Virus record (IMG/VR): IMGVR_UViG_3300012988_000001
Coordinates: 302,161-366,160 of that record
Reading direction: 5' to 3' (one strand)
Length of the DNA stretch: 64,000 bases
Positions 8,477-17,505 of this stretch are shown here, piece by piece; position 1 is the first letter of the stretch; each line of letters begins with the position of its first letter. Made by a program: the position numbers and the translations under genes. Under the pieces are notes generated by a model. The model saw only the letters and a program-made list of their open reading frames with translations, did not search any database and had not been told where the DNA came from.

Positions 8477-8535
8477 TTGACACCGAGCCTGTACTGATGT
8501 AAAATTGGTACAGGCTTTTTAATTGGAGGATTCCT

Positions 8536-9018
8536 ATGTTTGTCGAAGCAGCCTTTATGGAGCAACTTGATATGCTCCCAATTCCCACGGACAAGGCACA
8601 GGTACGCTTTGATCCACCGGACAGCACTCACTACCGTGACGGTCCCGGACACCCTAGCATGTATATCCTGAATGCACCACTGAAGACGTACTTCTATAGT
8701 ACTGAAACGATGTGCTTCCTATCTCTAGATCTCAATGAAGAAATATCTTATAACTTCACTTGGTGGTTTGCGGATAATAAATTTGCAGCGAGCCTTGTTG
8801 ATCTAAATGAATTGTACTGTGAGGACACCGTACCAATTCGCGATACTATCAAGTTTGGTATATTCCACGATACCGAGGAAGAACATTTCCAAAAGGATTG
8901 CCATAAAGGTACTCCACTATCCTGGGATGCTGAACAGTTAGTACAGAAGAAGTTAACGGCACTAGCTGATTTCTATCTTAACCAGTACTATAACAATTTC
9001 CTAGTAAGGAGTGAATGA
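8536..9018 (+). CDS. EExFQ-motif family protein
   Basis: DTEEEHFQ; GGAGG SD. Confidence 0.8.
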   Translation: MFVEAAFMEQLDMLPIPTDKAQVRFDPPDSTHYRDGPGHPSMYILNAPLKTYFYSTETMCFLSLDLNEEISYNFTWWFADNKFAASLVDLNELYCEDTVPIRDTIKFGIFHDTEEEHFQKDCHKGTPLSWDAEQLVQKKLTALADFYLNQYYNNFLVRSE

Positions 9019-9440
9019 TGTTTGATTTGCTATCACCTAAAGTACTTGAGATTACACGCCAGCGTTTATTAGGTCTTTCAAAAACTGAGATCTTTGCAGC
9101 ACAACCAGAGCTACGTGAAGAACGCAATGAGTTCTTAATGAACTACGGCGATCAAGGCCGTGCTTATTACTTTGACTTCAACATTGATCTCGAAGATGGT
9201 TCGCGTGGTATTGAAGGATGTATCTCTGAAGATACTTTCAAGTTCACAGAGTACACCAGTAAAGATGAAAAGATCTTCAAGTTGGATATTCGTAAGCTAC
9301 CATCTAAGATGGGTGAAGATGAATTCTTCCAGTACTCTCTAGTTACAGACATTGGGGATTTGACAGTAGAGCAGCTTCATGCTATTCTTGTAATCCGTGA
9401 TATCATCCGTGAAGAAAAAATTGATTGGGGTGTAAAATGA
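9015..9440 (+). CDS. EExFQ-motif family protein
   Basis: GEDEFFQYSLV. Confidence 0.8.
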   Translation: MMFDLLSPKVLEITRQRLLGLSKTEIFAAQPELREERNEFLMNYGDQGRAYYFDFNIDLEDGSRGIEGCISEDTFKFTEYTSKDEKIFKLDIRKLPSKMGEDEFFQYSLVTDIGDLTVEQLHAILVIRDIIREEKIDWGVK

Positions 9441-9583
9441 AAGATAAACTAGAGAGCTATTTGTTTGTACTCGTGTTCATTTGGATGTGTCTGAAAGAAA
9501 CAGTACTTAATACTCCTTGGATGCTTTTTGTACTGGGTATCATCGTAGCAACCGGTTTCGCATATTTTGTCGGAATTATTTAA
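9437..9583 (+). CDS. small membrane protein (48 aa, not in ORF track)
   Basis: ATGA overlap; hydrophobic. Confidence 0.55.
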   Translation: MKDKLESYLFVLVFIWMCLKETVLNTPWMLFVLGIIVATGFAYFVGII

Positions 9584-9590
9584 AAAACTT

Positions 9591-9619
9591 GGGACAAAAT
9601 GAACTTTTTGTCCTATAAT
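9591..9619 (+). promoter_or_regulatory. class II promoter
   Basis: GGGACA-N12-TGTCC-TATAAT. Confidence 0.75.
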
Positions 9620-9626
9620 ATAAGTA

Positions 9627-9720
9627 CAGGAAGGGATGGGTCATCGGGACCGTAGAAAGCGAAGGGTGCAATGAGCGACGGCAATAGATGCATATAGTAG
9701 TGGCTTTAGGAACCTTCCTG
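9627..9720 (+). ncRNA. putative structured small RNA
   Basis: starts just after class II promoter; closed by CAGGAAGG/CCTTCCTG, internal CCGT/ACGG; G-rich relative to genome. Confidence 0.5.
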
Positions 9721-9729
9721 TGAAATTTC

Positions 9730-9810
9730 GTTGAGTAGCTTAAGGGAGAGCCGCAGGTAATAACGATAAGGTCACCTGTCAGCGTGGATTAAAACACCAC
9801 CTCAACAACA
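9730..9810 (+). ncRNA. tRNA mimic
   Basis: GTTGAG/CTCAAC acceptor-like stem, D-arm-like TAGCTTAAGGGAGAGC, GCAGGT/ACCTGT arm with 15-nt loop, degenerate T-arm, no encoded CCA. Confidence 0.5.
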
Positions 9811-9816
9811 CAATTT

Positions 9817-9867
9817 GGAATCCAACAGCAATTTAATCATCGGCTTATATGAAAAACAATGGATTCC
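9817..9867 (+). ncRNA. hairpin element with ACAGCAA motif
   Basis: perfect GGAATCCA/TGGATTCC stem with ACAGCAA directly 3' of the 5' strand. Confidence 0.4.
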
Positions 9868-9873
9868 AGCTTT

Positions 9874-9961
9874 CGGGGTATGGTCAAATTGGTAAAGGCA
9901 CGACACTTAAAATGTCGCGGGGAATTTCCCCTTCTCGGTTCGAGTCCGAGTACCCCGACCA
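9874..9961 (+). tRNA. tRNA-Leu (TAA)
   Basis: CGGGGTA/TACCCCG acceptor, CGACA-CTTAAAA-TGTCG, long variable arm, A73+CCA. Confidence 0.95.
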
Positions 9962-9984
9962 CATTAATAGAATAGGATAAACAT

Positions 9985-10413
9985 ATGTTTACTCCAGAAG
10001 AATATGAGTTTTACAATATACAATTAGACCGTTCATTGAATGGTGAAATAGTTCTTAATGATGTTTTATGTAAAGCAGAAGAGATGGACCCAGTTGCGTA
10101 TTGGCACGATGGTGATGATGCTGTATTTGGTGAATTCACTAATGTAACTATATACAACAGTACTGATCCTAGAATGGATTATTACATTGACATATTCCCA
10201 GATCACATTGATTTTGAATATAGTGGGAATACAGGTAATCCAAGTGAACTATCACGTGTTTTGCGTACTGAACTATTCAGTACTGAAAGCGATGAAGAAT
10301 TCTTTCAAGTTGGGACTATTCAAGATCTTACCTTTATGGAAGAAACAATATTACGAAAATTTATTAAATTGTCCCTCATGGCAAGGACTAATTTAAACAA
10401 CAGGGAAAGCTAA
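9985..10413 (+). CDS. EExFQ-motif family protein
   Basis: SDEEFFQVGTI. Confidence 0.8.
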   Translation: MFTPEEYEFYNIQLDRSLNGEIVLNDVLCKAEEMDPVAYWHDGDDAVFGEFTNVTIYNSTDPRMDYYIDIFPDHIDFEYSGNTGNPSELSRVLRTELFSTESDEEFFQVGTIQDLTFMEETILRKFIKLSLMARTNLNNRES

Positions 10414-10441
10414 TGCTTTCCTTTTTTTATGAGGGTATAAA

Positions 10442-10921
10442 ATGCAAAAGCCTTTAGATTTCTGCGTTAAGTTCAATAGAAAAGTAAATCAAGCTATTCT
10501 TAGTTCAATCCTTGAATGTGCATTTGAATTGTATTCTTATGGACTGAGGAATGAAAAGTTTGAATGGGAAAATAGTAAAGACAATGCATGTACTTTATTT
10601 GACATAGACTTTTATAACAGTGGTAATGGTACTATTGAACCATTGGAAGCAATGACTAACATTGTTATTACAATCAAGAACCACAAATTAACTGAAGATC
10701 TTCAATTCAATGTTATTGACATTTTCAATGACCGCATTGAATTGTGTGCTGAAGTTAATGGCGACTCGATCTTAACAATCCCGCTCACGAAGTACACCGA
10801 TGTTGATGAAGGATACGTATTCCAGATTGAGACTGACTCACCTATCATGCCATTCACCGTGCAGCATCTAGAATTGATTCAAAAGTATTCATCAATACTT
10901 GACGACGACTACGAAGACTGA
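10442..10921 (+). CDS. hypothetical protein, divergent EExFQ family
   Basis: DEGYVFQIET at equivalent position. Confidence 0.75.
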   Translation: MQKPLDFCVKFNRKVNQAILSSILECAFELYSYGLRNEKFEWENSKDNACTLFDIDFYNSGNGTIEPLEAMTNIVITIKNHKLTEDLQFNVIDIFNDRIELCAEVNGDSILTIPLTKYTDVDEGYVFQIETDSPIMPFTVQHLELIQKYSSILDDDYED

Positions 10922-10954
10922 TATAATTATTCCATCTTAATGAAGGAGTGAATT

Positions 10955-11176
10955 ATGAAAAAAATCATCTTGCTCGCCTTGTTAGCCTTGAGTGCTAACG
11001 CAAGTGCTCGTGAATATGATGTGATCTGCAAATGGACTGACGGTACTAAAGAAGTCTATACACAGAAAGAAGTGTGGACTGTTACTGTCAATCAAGGTGG
11101 TACAACCATTCAATTAAACGATGGTACTCGCATTGAGTACTCAAACGCAGTTCAATGTAAGGTGGTGGGAAAATGA
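10955..11176 (+). CDS. small secreted protein, paralogue of 11173..11418
   Basis: signal peptide (ANASA); GTxIxLxDG...YSxAxQC. Confidence 0.8.
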   Translation: MKKIILLALLALSANASAREYDVICKWTDGTKEVYTQKEVWTVTVNQGGTTIQLNDGTRIEYSNAVQCKVVGK

Positions 11177-11418
11177 AAACTATCTTAGCTATGATGTTAG
11201 TACTTTTCAGTACTCAAGTGTTTGCTACCGACTACGTAATGTGTAATAACCCAATGCATATGACTGTAGACAAATACAGTAGTGATGAATATGTATCATT
11301 CAGCATTAGTCGCGATGGTACTGAAATTGAATTACGTGATGGACAGGTTCGTGTTTATTCCCCGGCAATTCAATGTTACCATGAAGATAACACAAAGGCT
11401 GCTAAACATGACAAATGA
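11173..11418 (+). CDS. small secreted protein
   Basis: signal peptide; same two-Cys motif. Confidence 0.8.
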   Translation: MKTILAMMLVLFSTQVFATDYVMCNNPMHMTVDKYSSDEYVSFSISRDGTEIELRDGQVRVYSPAIQCYHEDNTKAAKHDK

Positions 11419-11725
11419 AGAACTAGCAAGGTCGTTGATACGATCAATAATTCGCCGTGATTTCGGTACTCCAGTACATGAAATGTACTACGACTACCAC
11501 ACTGATGAACTAACGAACATCGTAGGGCGTATGCACACCAATGATGAGTCCCGTATACGTGAAACCTTCCGTGATATGGTAAAACTCAACACAAAGTTTA
11601 TTGCACTTGACGCATCAGAACAGGATGATGTAATATTCTGGATGTTGGTCATTACCTTCGGCAACAACTTTGATCTTGAGTATCATAGTGAAGGTGTTCT
11701 TGTTAATGCACGAGCGGAGAGTTAA
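11408..11725 (+). CDS. hypothetical protein
   Basis: internal ATG of track ORF 11282..11725. Confidence 0.65.
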   Translation: MTNEELARSLIRSIIRRDFGTPVHEMYYDYHTDELTNIVGRMHTNDESRIRETFRDMVKLNTKFIALDASEQDDVIFWMLVITFGNNFDLEYHSEGVLVNARAES

Positions 11726-11726
11726 T

Positions 11727-12650
11727 ATGATTTCTAAAGAAACACTATATCGTTTTCTGGTAGCACTGGACAAACAGTACGGCAACAGTGTTGAGTACTT
11801 TATGGTAAATCCATACAATGAGATTCAGCATAAATTGGCTGAATTACAGAAACTACGGGATGAGCATGAAATGTGCGTGTGTTGGGATTTCCGTGCACCA
11901 CATGATATCGAATCCTATGACATTTCTGATATGTTTGACATTCGCGATCGCCTTGCAGTTGCACAATCCCCAGAATATCTACGTCTTGGAGTATACACTA
12001 ATAGTGCCGATCCACGCGTATCTTTAACTCCTGATTCTGAACTCTTCCAGAAGATGGCTAAGTTGTTTGTCGAAACCGATGATATTGTGGCATATATGCC
12101 GACTGACGTGATCGCAATCGATGATATGTCATTCACTGTACATGATATCCTTTGTGCAATCAACGAACACGCAGAACCGACACGTTTGAAGAAACACATT
12201 ATCGGTGATCGCTATGTTAAAGTGAATAGTGAAGATTTGACTATTGGTAGTACTGAATGCTATTCGGACGAAATGATTGATAAAATTGAAAAGGTAGCAG
12301 ATAAAGTACTTCCATATTGGAATGGTACTAAAGATTATACATATCCAGAAAGTGATGAATATGTAGGGTGGGAGGCAATCTTTGACGGTGAGAATCCTGT
12401 TCTAACCGACGACAACGTAATCTACTTATGTTGTAATAAACCAGACTATGATACTACTCGTGATAATATTCCAGCACTAACCAACTTGGTGGACTTCATG
12501 TGGGATACTGAAGATAAGTTCGTTGGTATTATGCTTATTCGTGCAATAACACAGGCGAAGATTAGTATTTCGTATAAAGATGTTCCCCGCTTTAAAGATT
12601 ACGTAAATGATAATGCTCTTTACGTTCGTGAAATTCGCTACATGCAATAA
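11727..12650 (+). CDS. hypothetical protein
   Basis: GGAG SD; long acidic ORF. Confidence 0.8.
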   Translation: MISKETLYRFLVALDKQYGNSVEYFMVNPYNEIQHKLAELQKLRDEHEMCVCWDFRAPHDIESYDISDMFDIRDRLAVAQSPEYLRLGVYTNSADPRVSLTPDSELFQKMAKLFVETDDIVAYMPTDVIAIDDMSFTVHDILCAINEHAEPTRLKKHIIGDRYVKVNSEDLTIGSTECYSDEMIDKIEKVADKVLPYWNGTKDYTYPESDEYVGWEAIFDGENPVLTDDNVIYLCCNKPDYDTTRDNIPALTNLVDFMWDTEDKFVGIMLIRAITQAKISISYKDVPRFKDYVNDNALYVREIRYMQ

Positions 12651-12694
12651 TCTTTATGGGGAAGTAATACTTCCCCTTTTCTTAAGGAAGAGTT

Positions 12695-13117
12695 ATGTCC
12701 CTTTTAAAAGTACTTAAACAAATAGATGAAGAATTTGATTCACTATATAGTCCAGTATCTCACCATAGAGTCCCTATTCCGAAAACAGTAATGGAAATAG
12801 TGTTCAATTGGGGATGGAGTGCAAGTGACAAGCCCTATAGTATTAGATTTGAATGGTTCCCTGCACAGGATAGATATTGTCTATTAATTGATGTGAATGG
12901 TTCAGATGAATTCATATACAATTCATGGGATTTAACTAATAAAGGACATACTTGGAATGAAGACTTTGCAATAGAATTTGATATAGAACGTGGATTCTTT
13001 GATTGCCTACCAATGGCATATCCAATGACAACCAATTTTAAGTACGAGCATATTGCAGTACTTAAGAGTATTTCTGACAAATACGCGGAGAAGAAAATTA
13101 TACACAACATGAAATGA
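12695..13117 (+). CDS. hypothetical protein
   Basis: AAGGA SD. Confidence 0.75.
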   Translation: MSLLKVLKQIDEEFDSLYSPVSHHRVPIPKTVMEIVFNWGWSASDKPYSIRFEWFPAQDRYCLLIDVNGSDEFIYNSWDLTNKGHTWNEDFAIEFDIERGFFDCLPMAYPMTTNFKYEHIAVLKSISDKYAEKKIIHNMK

Positions 13118-13129
13118 CAAGAGGTGAAT

Positions 13130-13378
13130 ATGAAATGTGACAAGGCCATAGAGAAAATGCGTCGGAATAAACGTAACTGGACTATTCCTAAGCTGAAAGT
13201 GATTGCTACACGTTGTGGTATGACTGTAGAATCAAATGGTTCAACACATCACGTATTCAGGGTAGAAGGTGTCAAAGAACACCTATCAATACCCTTTAAT
13301 GGTAAAGATATCCACCCGGATTATATTACCAAATTTTTACGTCTTATTGATAAGACAAAAACCGAAGGAGAACAGTAG
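13130..13378 (+). CDS. hicA: HicA-like mRNA interferase (dsRBD fold), no adjacent HicB
   Basis: WTIPKLKVIA..CGM.V..NGSTHHVFR....HLSIP...IHPDYITKFL.LI resembles HicA; GAGGTG SD. Confidence 0.7.
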   Translation: MKCDKAIEKMRRNKRNWTIPKLKVIATRCGMTVESNGSTHHVFRVEGVKEHLSIPFNGKDIHPDYITKFLRLIDKTKTEGEQ

Positions 13379-14637
13379 TGATTGCAGAGTATATGGCAAC
13401 CTTCAGTAGTATGATGAAGGAATATCCGTGGATGGTTGGTATCTATTCCCTATACGGGATGACAGTACTAACATATTGTTTAAAATTCATTCCCGGATTT
13501 TTTGGTTTTATTAAAGCTCAAAGTATTACAACACTAGAGCTAAACAACGCTGGCTGGAGTGGCAATGAAGCACACTTTCAAGCATTCATGGCGTGGTATC
13601 TAAAGAGTCCATATTCCAAATGGTCACGCTATCTTTCACTAGATGGAAAGTACTCTCGTTGGGATGATGACGAAGACGAAAGTCCAGATGGGAAGAAACG
13701 CAAAACATACGTAATTGGTGCTGGTTATGGTACACACTTCTTCTTCTATAAGAAGCGTCTATTCTGGTTCAGCAAAGGTTCACTACAAAGTACAGGTTCA
13801 GAAAAAGAGAAACAAAATATTGTTATTAAAACTCTCGGTCGTAACCAACAACCACTAATTGACTTAGTAGAAGATTTCGCTGTTAAACCAAAAGAAACTG
13901 ATCTAAACATCTTCTCATACAAAGAAGAATGGGATGTTATTTCGCGAGTTAACAAACGCCCACTATCATCTGTAATTCTACGTAAAGACATTAAAGATGC
14001 ATTAGTGAAAAATCTTGAGTACTTCTACTCTAATCGTGATTGGTATGTCAAACGTGGACTATCATATAAGCAAACTTATATTCTACACGGTCTACCGGGT
14101 ACAGGTAAAAGTAGTACAATTAAAGCACTAGCTTCACATTTCAACAAGAACATCTGCCTAATTGATATTACATCATTAGGAAATGCAGCGTTCGAGAAAG
14201 CAATGGCTTCAGTGCCTAAAAATAGTATTGTACTAATTGAAGACTTTGATTCATGTCGTGCTTTACATTCACGTGTAGAAGATGATAGTGATGATCCAGC
14301 ATCTAAGCTAGCAGAGCTAACCGAAGTGCTATCACTATCTAAAGTACTAAACGTACTAGATGGTGTAGTATCACTAGATGATACAGTTGTTTTCCTAACA
14401 ACCAACCATCTAGAGAAAATTGATGCAGCACTAATCCGTAAAGGTCGTGTTGATTACATTCACGAGATTCCATATCTTGAGGATGCAGAAGTAAAAGAGT
14501 ACATAAAGCTAATGTATCCAGAAGCTGAAGTACCACAAGTTACATTTGACACTATAGCAGGTTGTGATATTCAATCTAATTACCTAGAGCATCGCGAAGA
14601 TGTTAATGCATTCGTGGCAAGTCTAGCAGTCAAATAA
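13378..14637 (+). CDS. BCS1-like AAA+ ATPase with N-terminal membrane anchor
   Basis: TM segment, BCS1_N-like GxGxHFFFY region, Walker A GLPGTGKS, Walker B IEDFD, LNVLDG, TTNH..IDAALIRKGRVD. Confidence 0.85.
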   Translation: MIAEYMATFSSMMKEYPWMVGIYSLYGMTVLTYCLKFIPGFFGFIKAQSITTLELNNAGWSGNEAHFQAFMAWYLKSPYSKWSRYLSLDGKYSRWDDDEDESPDGKKRKTYVIGAGYGTHFFFYKKRLFWFSKGSLQSTGSEKEKQNIVIKTLGRNQQPLIDLVEDFAVKPKETDLNIFSYKEEWDVISRVNKRPLSSVILRKDIKDALVKNLEYFYSNRDWYVKRGLSYKQTYILHGLPGTGKSSTIKALASHFNKNICLIDITSLGNAAFEKAMASVPKNSIVLIEDFDSCRALHSRVEDDSDDPASKLAELTEVLSLSKVLNVLDGVVSLDDTVVFLTTNHLEKIDAALIRKGRVDYIHEIPYLEDAEVKEYIKLMYPEAEVPQVTFDTIAGCDIQSNYLEHREDVNAFVASLAVK

Positions 14638-14678
14638 TAGGTTGGCACAGAAATGTGCCATATTAATCGGAGGACATT

Positions 14679-15086
14679 ATGGCAGAAGTTAAACTTAAAC
14701 TAAAAGAGCGTTGGGTTGATATTAAGACCAACAAAGTAATTCAAAGTATTGTCACTGAAGAATCCATTCACATTGATGATGACCTAGATCAAGAAGCAAT
14801 GAAGCAATACTATCTTAAAGAACGTATTGGAAGTTCTGAACATGATGGGGTTCGTCATGAAGTATCAATTGTGGGAGAGGGTCTATCTAAGTCAGAGATG
14901 TTTGACTTCATTCTAAACAATGCAGTATCGATTGATCCTGATAACACTACGTGGACCAAATACCATGAAGATGGTACTGAAGAAAAGTTTAAAAAGAAAT
15001 ATACGGTATCTATCAATGGTCATGGTATGAGTGGGTTTGATCTAGAAGATGCAATCAATTACTATGTTCGGGAGATTCAGAAATGA
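14679..15086 (+). CDS. hypothetical protein
   Basis: GGAGG SD. Confidence 0.8.
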   Translation: MAEVKLKLKERWVDIKTNKVIQSIVTEESIHIDDDLDQEAMKQYYLKERIGSSEHDGVRHEVSIVGEGLSKSEMFDFILNNAVSIDPDNTTWTKYHEDGTEEKFKKKYTVSINGHGMSGFDLEDAINYYVREIQK

Positions 15087-15406
15087 TTCTAACAATGGCT
15101 ATTATTTGTATCACAATAGTTGTGTGTTTTATTATTCGGTACAGTGCAATTGTTCACTGTCAAAATATTGAGTACCGCATATATCAGGATTTACATAAAA
15201 AAGAGTTGGCCTCCTATGGTGTACGTCCTTATTTTTATAATGGTGGTGAGAAGCGTGAATCATTCTGGGGATATGTTGTCTATGATGAAATGAATGACTG
15301 TATCTATAAAGGTGCGGATAAAGATAACACCAATTTTATAATTTATCGCCGGGAAGGAGATGCAGAGATCTTTGCCGCAAAAGTGAGGAAAATGCATGGC
15401 CTCTAA
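15083..15406 (+). CDS. membrane-anchored hypothetical protein
   Basis: N-terminal hydrophobic helix. Confidence 0.75.
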   Translation: MILTMAIICITIVVCFIIRYSAIVHCQNIEYRIYQDLHKKELASYGVRPYFYNGGEKRESFWGYVVYDEMNDCIYKGADKDNTNFIIYRREGDAEIFAAKVRKMHGL

Positions 15407-15761
15407 AGAACACTATGATGTTTGTTATGCTTTACTAAAACGGTTTGTTACTCTTGTGCGTGACACTGGTAGCTTGCATGGTATGTCATGGTCATTTAGT
15501 CCACGTAAAGTCCAGATTGATGATATAATCAATCACACAGGTATAATCATACGCAAGGATAAGATCTATGTGCAAGCAAAAGGTCTTAGTCCACACGATA
15601 CGCTTGAGCGGGTTTTCAGTGCGAGTGCATCTTTTCAGAAGTCGTGCAGTACTGAATACTTCTGTGATAAGGCTATGGAAGATTTAATTGTTGAGGTGTT
15701 CAAAGCACACCACGATTACATTAGTGATAGTCTATTAGTCGGTTATTGGGAAGAAATATAA
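15396..15761 (+). CDS. hypothetical protein
   Basis: coupled ORF, GAGG SD. Confidence 0.75.
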   Translation: MASKEHYDVCYALLKRFVTLVRDTGSLHGMSWSFSPRKVQIDDIINHTGIIIRKDKIYVQAKGLSPHDTLERVFSASASFQKSCSTEYFCDKAMEDLIVEVFKAHHDYISDSLLVGYWEEI

Positions 15762-16195
15762 TGGCTATTATCAAACATGCGAGTTGGAGCAAAAGTATGG
15801 AATACACCAACAAGCAGAAGATTAAAGAGAGAACCTTAGAGCATATAGTCCAAGCTATTATAGAGTTGGAAGAGAATAAAACAAGAACCTACTCATGCGA
15901 TCTACAAGATGAACGCTTTATAGTTTCCAAATCTTTGTATAGTTCATCCTTTAAAGTTGTCGTGACCATTGATTCAATGACAATCTACTGGATGAGTGAT
16001 CGAGTAGATATGAAACGTGCTAAGTGCGAGGAAGAACTTTTCCAGATGATGTGCTTAGATGATACGTACTGCGACGAAGAGTTCGAGGAAGGTATCAAAT
16101 TATTAGTAGAACTACATATCCAACGCATACTCAAACAGAGCGGTATTGGAGGATTCAAAGAAGGTGTTTATGACAATCAGCCAAACTGTGAATAG
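15761..16195 (+). CDS. hypothetical protein, EExFQ-like
   Basis: CEEELFQMM. Confidence 0.75.
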   Translation: MAIIKHASWSKSMEYTNKQKIKERTLEHIVQAIIELEENKTRTYSCDLQDERFIVSKSLYSSSFKVVVTIDSMTIYWMSDRVDMKRAKCEEELFQMMCLDDTYCDEEFEEGIKLLVELHIQRILKQSGIGGFKEGVYDNQPNCE

Positions 16196-16496
16196 TTATG
16201 TTGCTGGCCTTACCTCGTTTAAACAAGGTAAGGGTTATATGATTGGCGATATTACATACAGTGTGAATTTCGATCCATCATCATATAATGAAGTACTATT
16301 ATTCTGGACAGAAGAAGAAGGACAGAAGTCAATTCAATTTGCTTGTACTGACTTTGGCATCTATATTCGTGAAGAAGGTGTAGAACAACCAACGCAATAT
16401 TTTTATCACACACTTATGTACACAATGGATTTTGGATTCAATCTAAAAGACCTTGCAAATGTGCATTACATTTTCAAAGAAATGAAAAATTCCTGA
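16170..16496 (+). CDS. hypothetical protein
   Basis: AAGG SD. Confidence 0.7.
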   Translation: MTISQTVNSYVAGLTSFKQGKGYMIGDITYSVNFDPSSYNEVLLFWTEEEGQKSIQFACTDFGIYIREEGVEQPTQYFYHTLMYTMDFGFNLKDLANVHYIFKEMKNS

Positions 16497-16523
16497 GACA
16501 AAACGTGACTCGTGTCCTATAAT
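16495..16523 (+). promoter_or_regulatory. class II promoter
   Basis: GAGACA-N12-TGTCC-TATAAT. Confidence 0.7.
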
Positions 16524-16553
16524 ATAAGAGTCAATAATATGGAGAAATAAAAT

Positions 16554-17462
16554 ATGTTTACCAAATTCCACAACGTAAGTTTTATCGCATCAACTGTAAC
16601 TGGTCTAGAACTAGAAAACAATATCATTCACATCCTAACCACTGGTCAGGGTTATGAAGTTCGCTTTGCAACCAAAAGCGAAGCTGAAGCTGGCCTTGTA
16701 GAGCTAACCGACCTACTAAACGCTGCTGTTGGCACTACCAAAACCGCACAGGAAGCACCCAAAGCGTCCAAAGCAGACGAGCTAAAGGCTACCATCACTT
16801 CTGGTTTTGACCGCCTACAGAGCGTCCTAGAAGGTGCTAAGACCACGGCAACCGACAAAGTACAGGAAGCTATCATGGCTCAAGTGCTAGGTACTGCTGG
16901 TAAGACCGTATCTGACCTAATGAATCGCAAAGATGATCTATTGCAACGTGCAGCAGATATGCTATCATCTCTTGAGACTCTTTTAGATACAGAAGAAGTT
17001 AAAGACGAACCTAAACCAATGGCTACTCGCAATAAACCAGCCCCTGAAGAGAAAGTTACCATCAAAGATGCAGCAGAAGCAGTTAAACGTGCTACCAGCA
17101 TCCTAGACACTGACGGTATCTTTAGCGGTGCTAAAGAAATGCCAGAGTTCACCGCAGAAGTTAAAGCTACTCGTGATACCAAAAAGATCACGGCTGAAGA
17201 ATTCAAACAAATCTTCGGTACTGAAGCAGAACCTGTAATTGGTGACTTGAGCGAACGTCAAGTACGTGAATTCATTGCCGAGTTTGTAGATGGTGCACTA
17301 GCCAATGAACGTGTACAACAGCTATTCCAAAACATCAAAGATAATTTTGGGGTAGATGAAGCTGAAGGGGCGATTGATGGCTATAAGAATCTAATTCTAA
17401 CCATCTGTCTACAAAATACCGAGATGACTCTATCACAAATCATTGCTCGTTATTTCTCCTAA
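16554..17462 (+). CDS. helical Ala/Glu/Lys-rich hypothetical protein
   Basis: GGAG SD; strongly biased codons. Confidence 0.85.
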   Translation: MFTKFHNVSFIASTVTGLELENNIIHILTTGQGYEVRFATKSEAEAGLVELTDLLNAAVGTTKTAQEAPKASKADELKATITSGFDRLQSVLEGAKTTATDKVQEAIMAQVLGTAGKTVSDLMNRKDDLLQRAADMLSSLETLLDTEEVKDEPKPMATRNKPAPEEKVTIKDAAEAVKRATSILDTDGIFSGAKEMPEFTAEVKATRDTKKITAEEFKQIFGTEAEPVIGDLSERQVREFIAEFVDGALANERVQQLFQNIKDNFGVDEAEGAIDGYKNLILTICLQNTEMTLSQIIARYFS

Positions 17463-17472
17463 TACAGAAATA

Positions 17473-17503
17473 AAAAAAAGGCGGCCTTACGGTCGCCTTT
17501 TTG
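17473..17503. terminator. bidirectional terminator
   Basis: A8-GGCGGCC ttac GGTCGCC-T5 between convergent genes. Confidence 0.85.
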
Positions 17504-17505
17504 TG

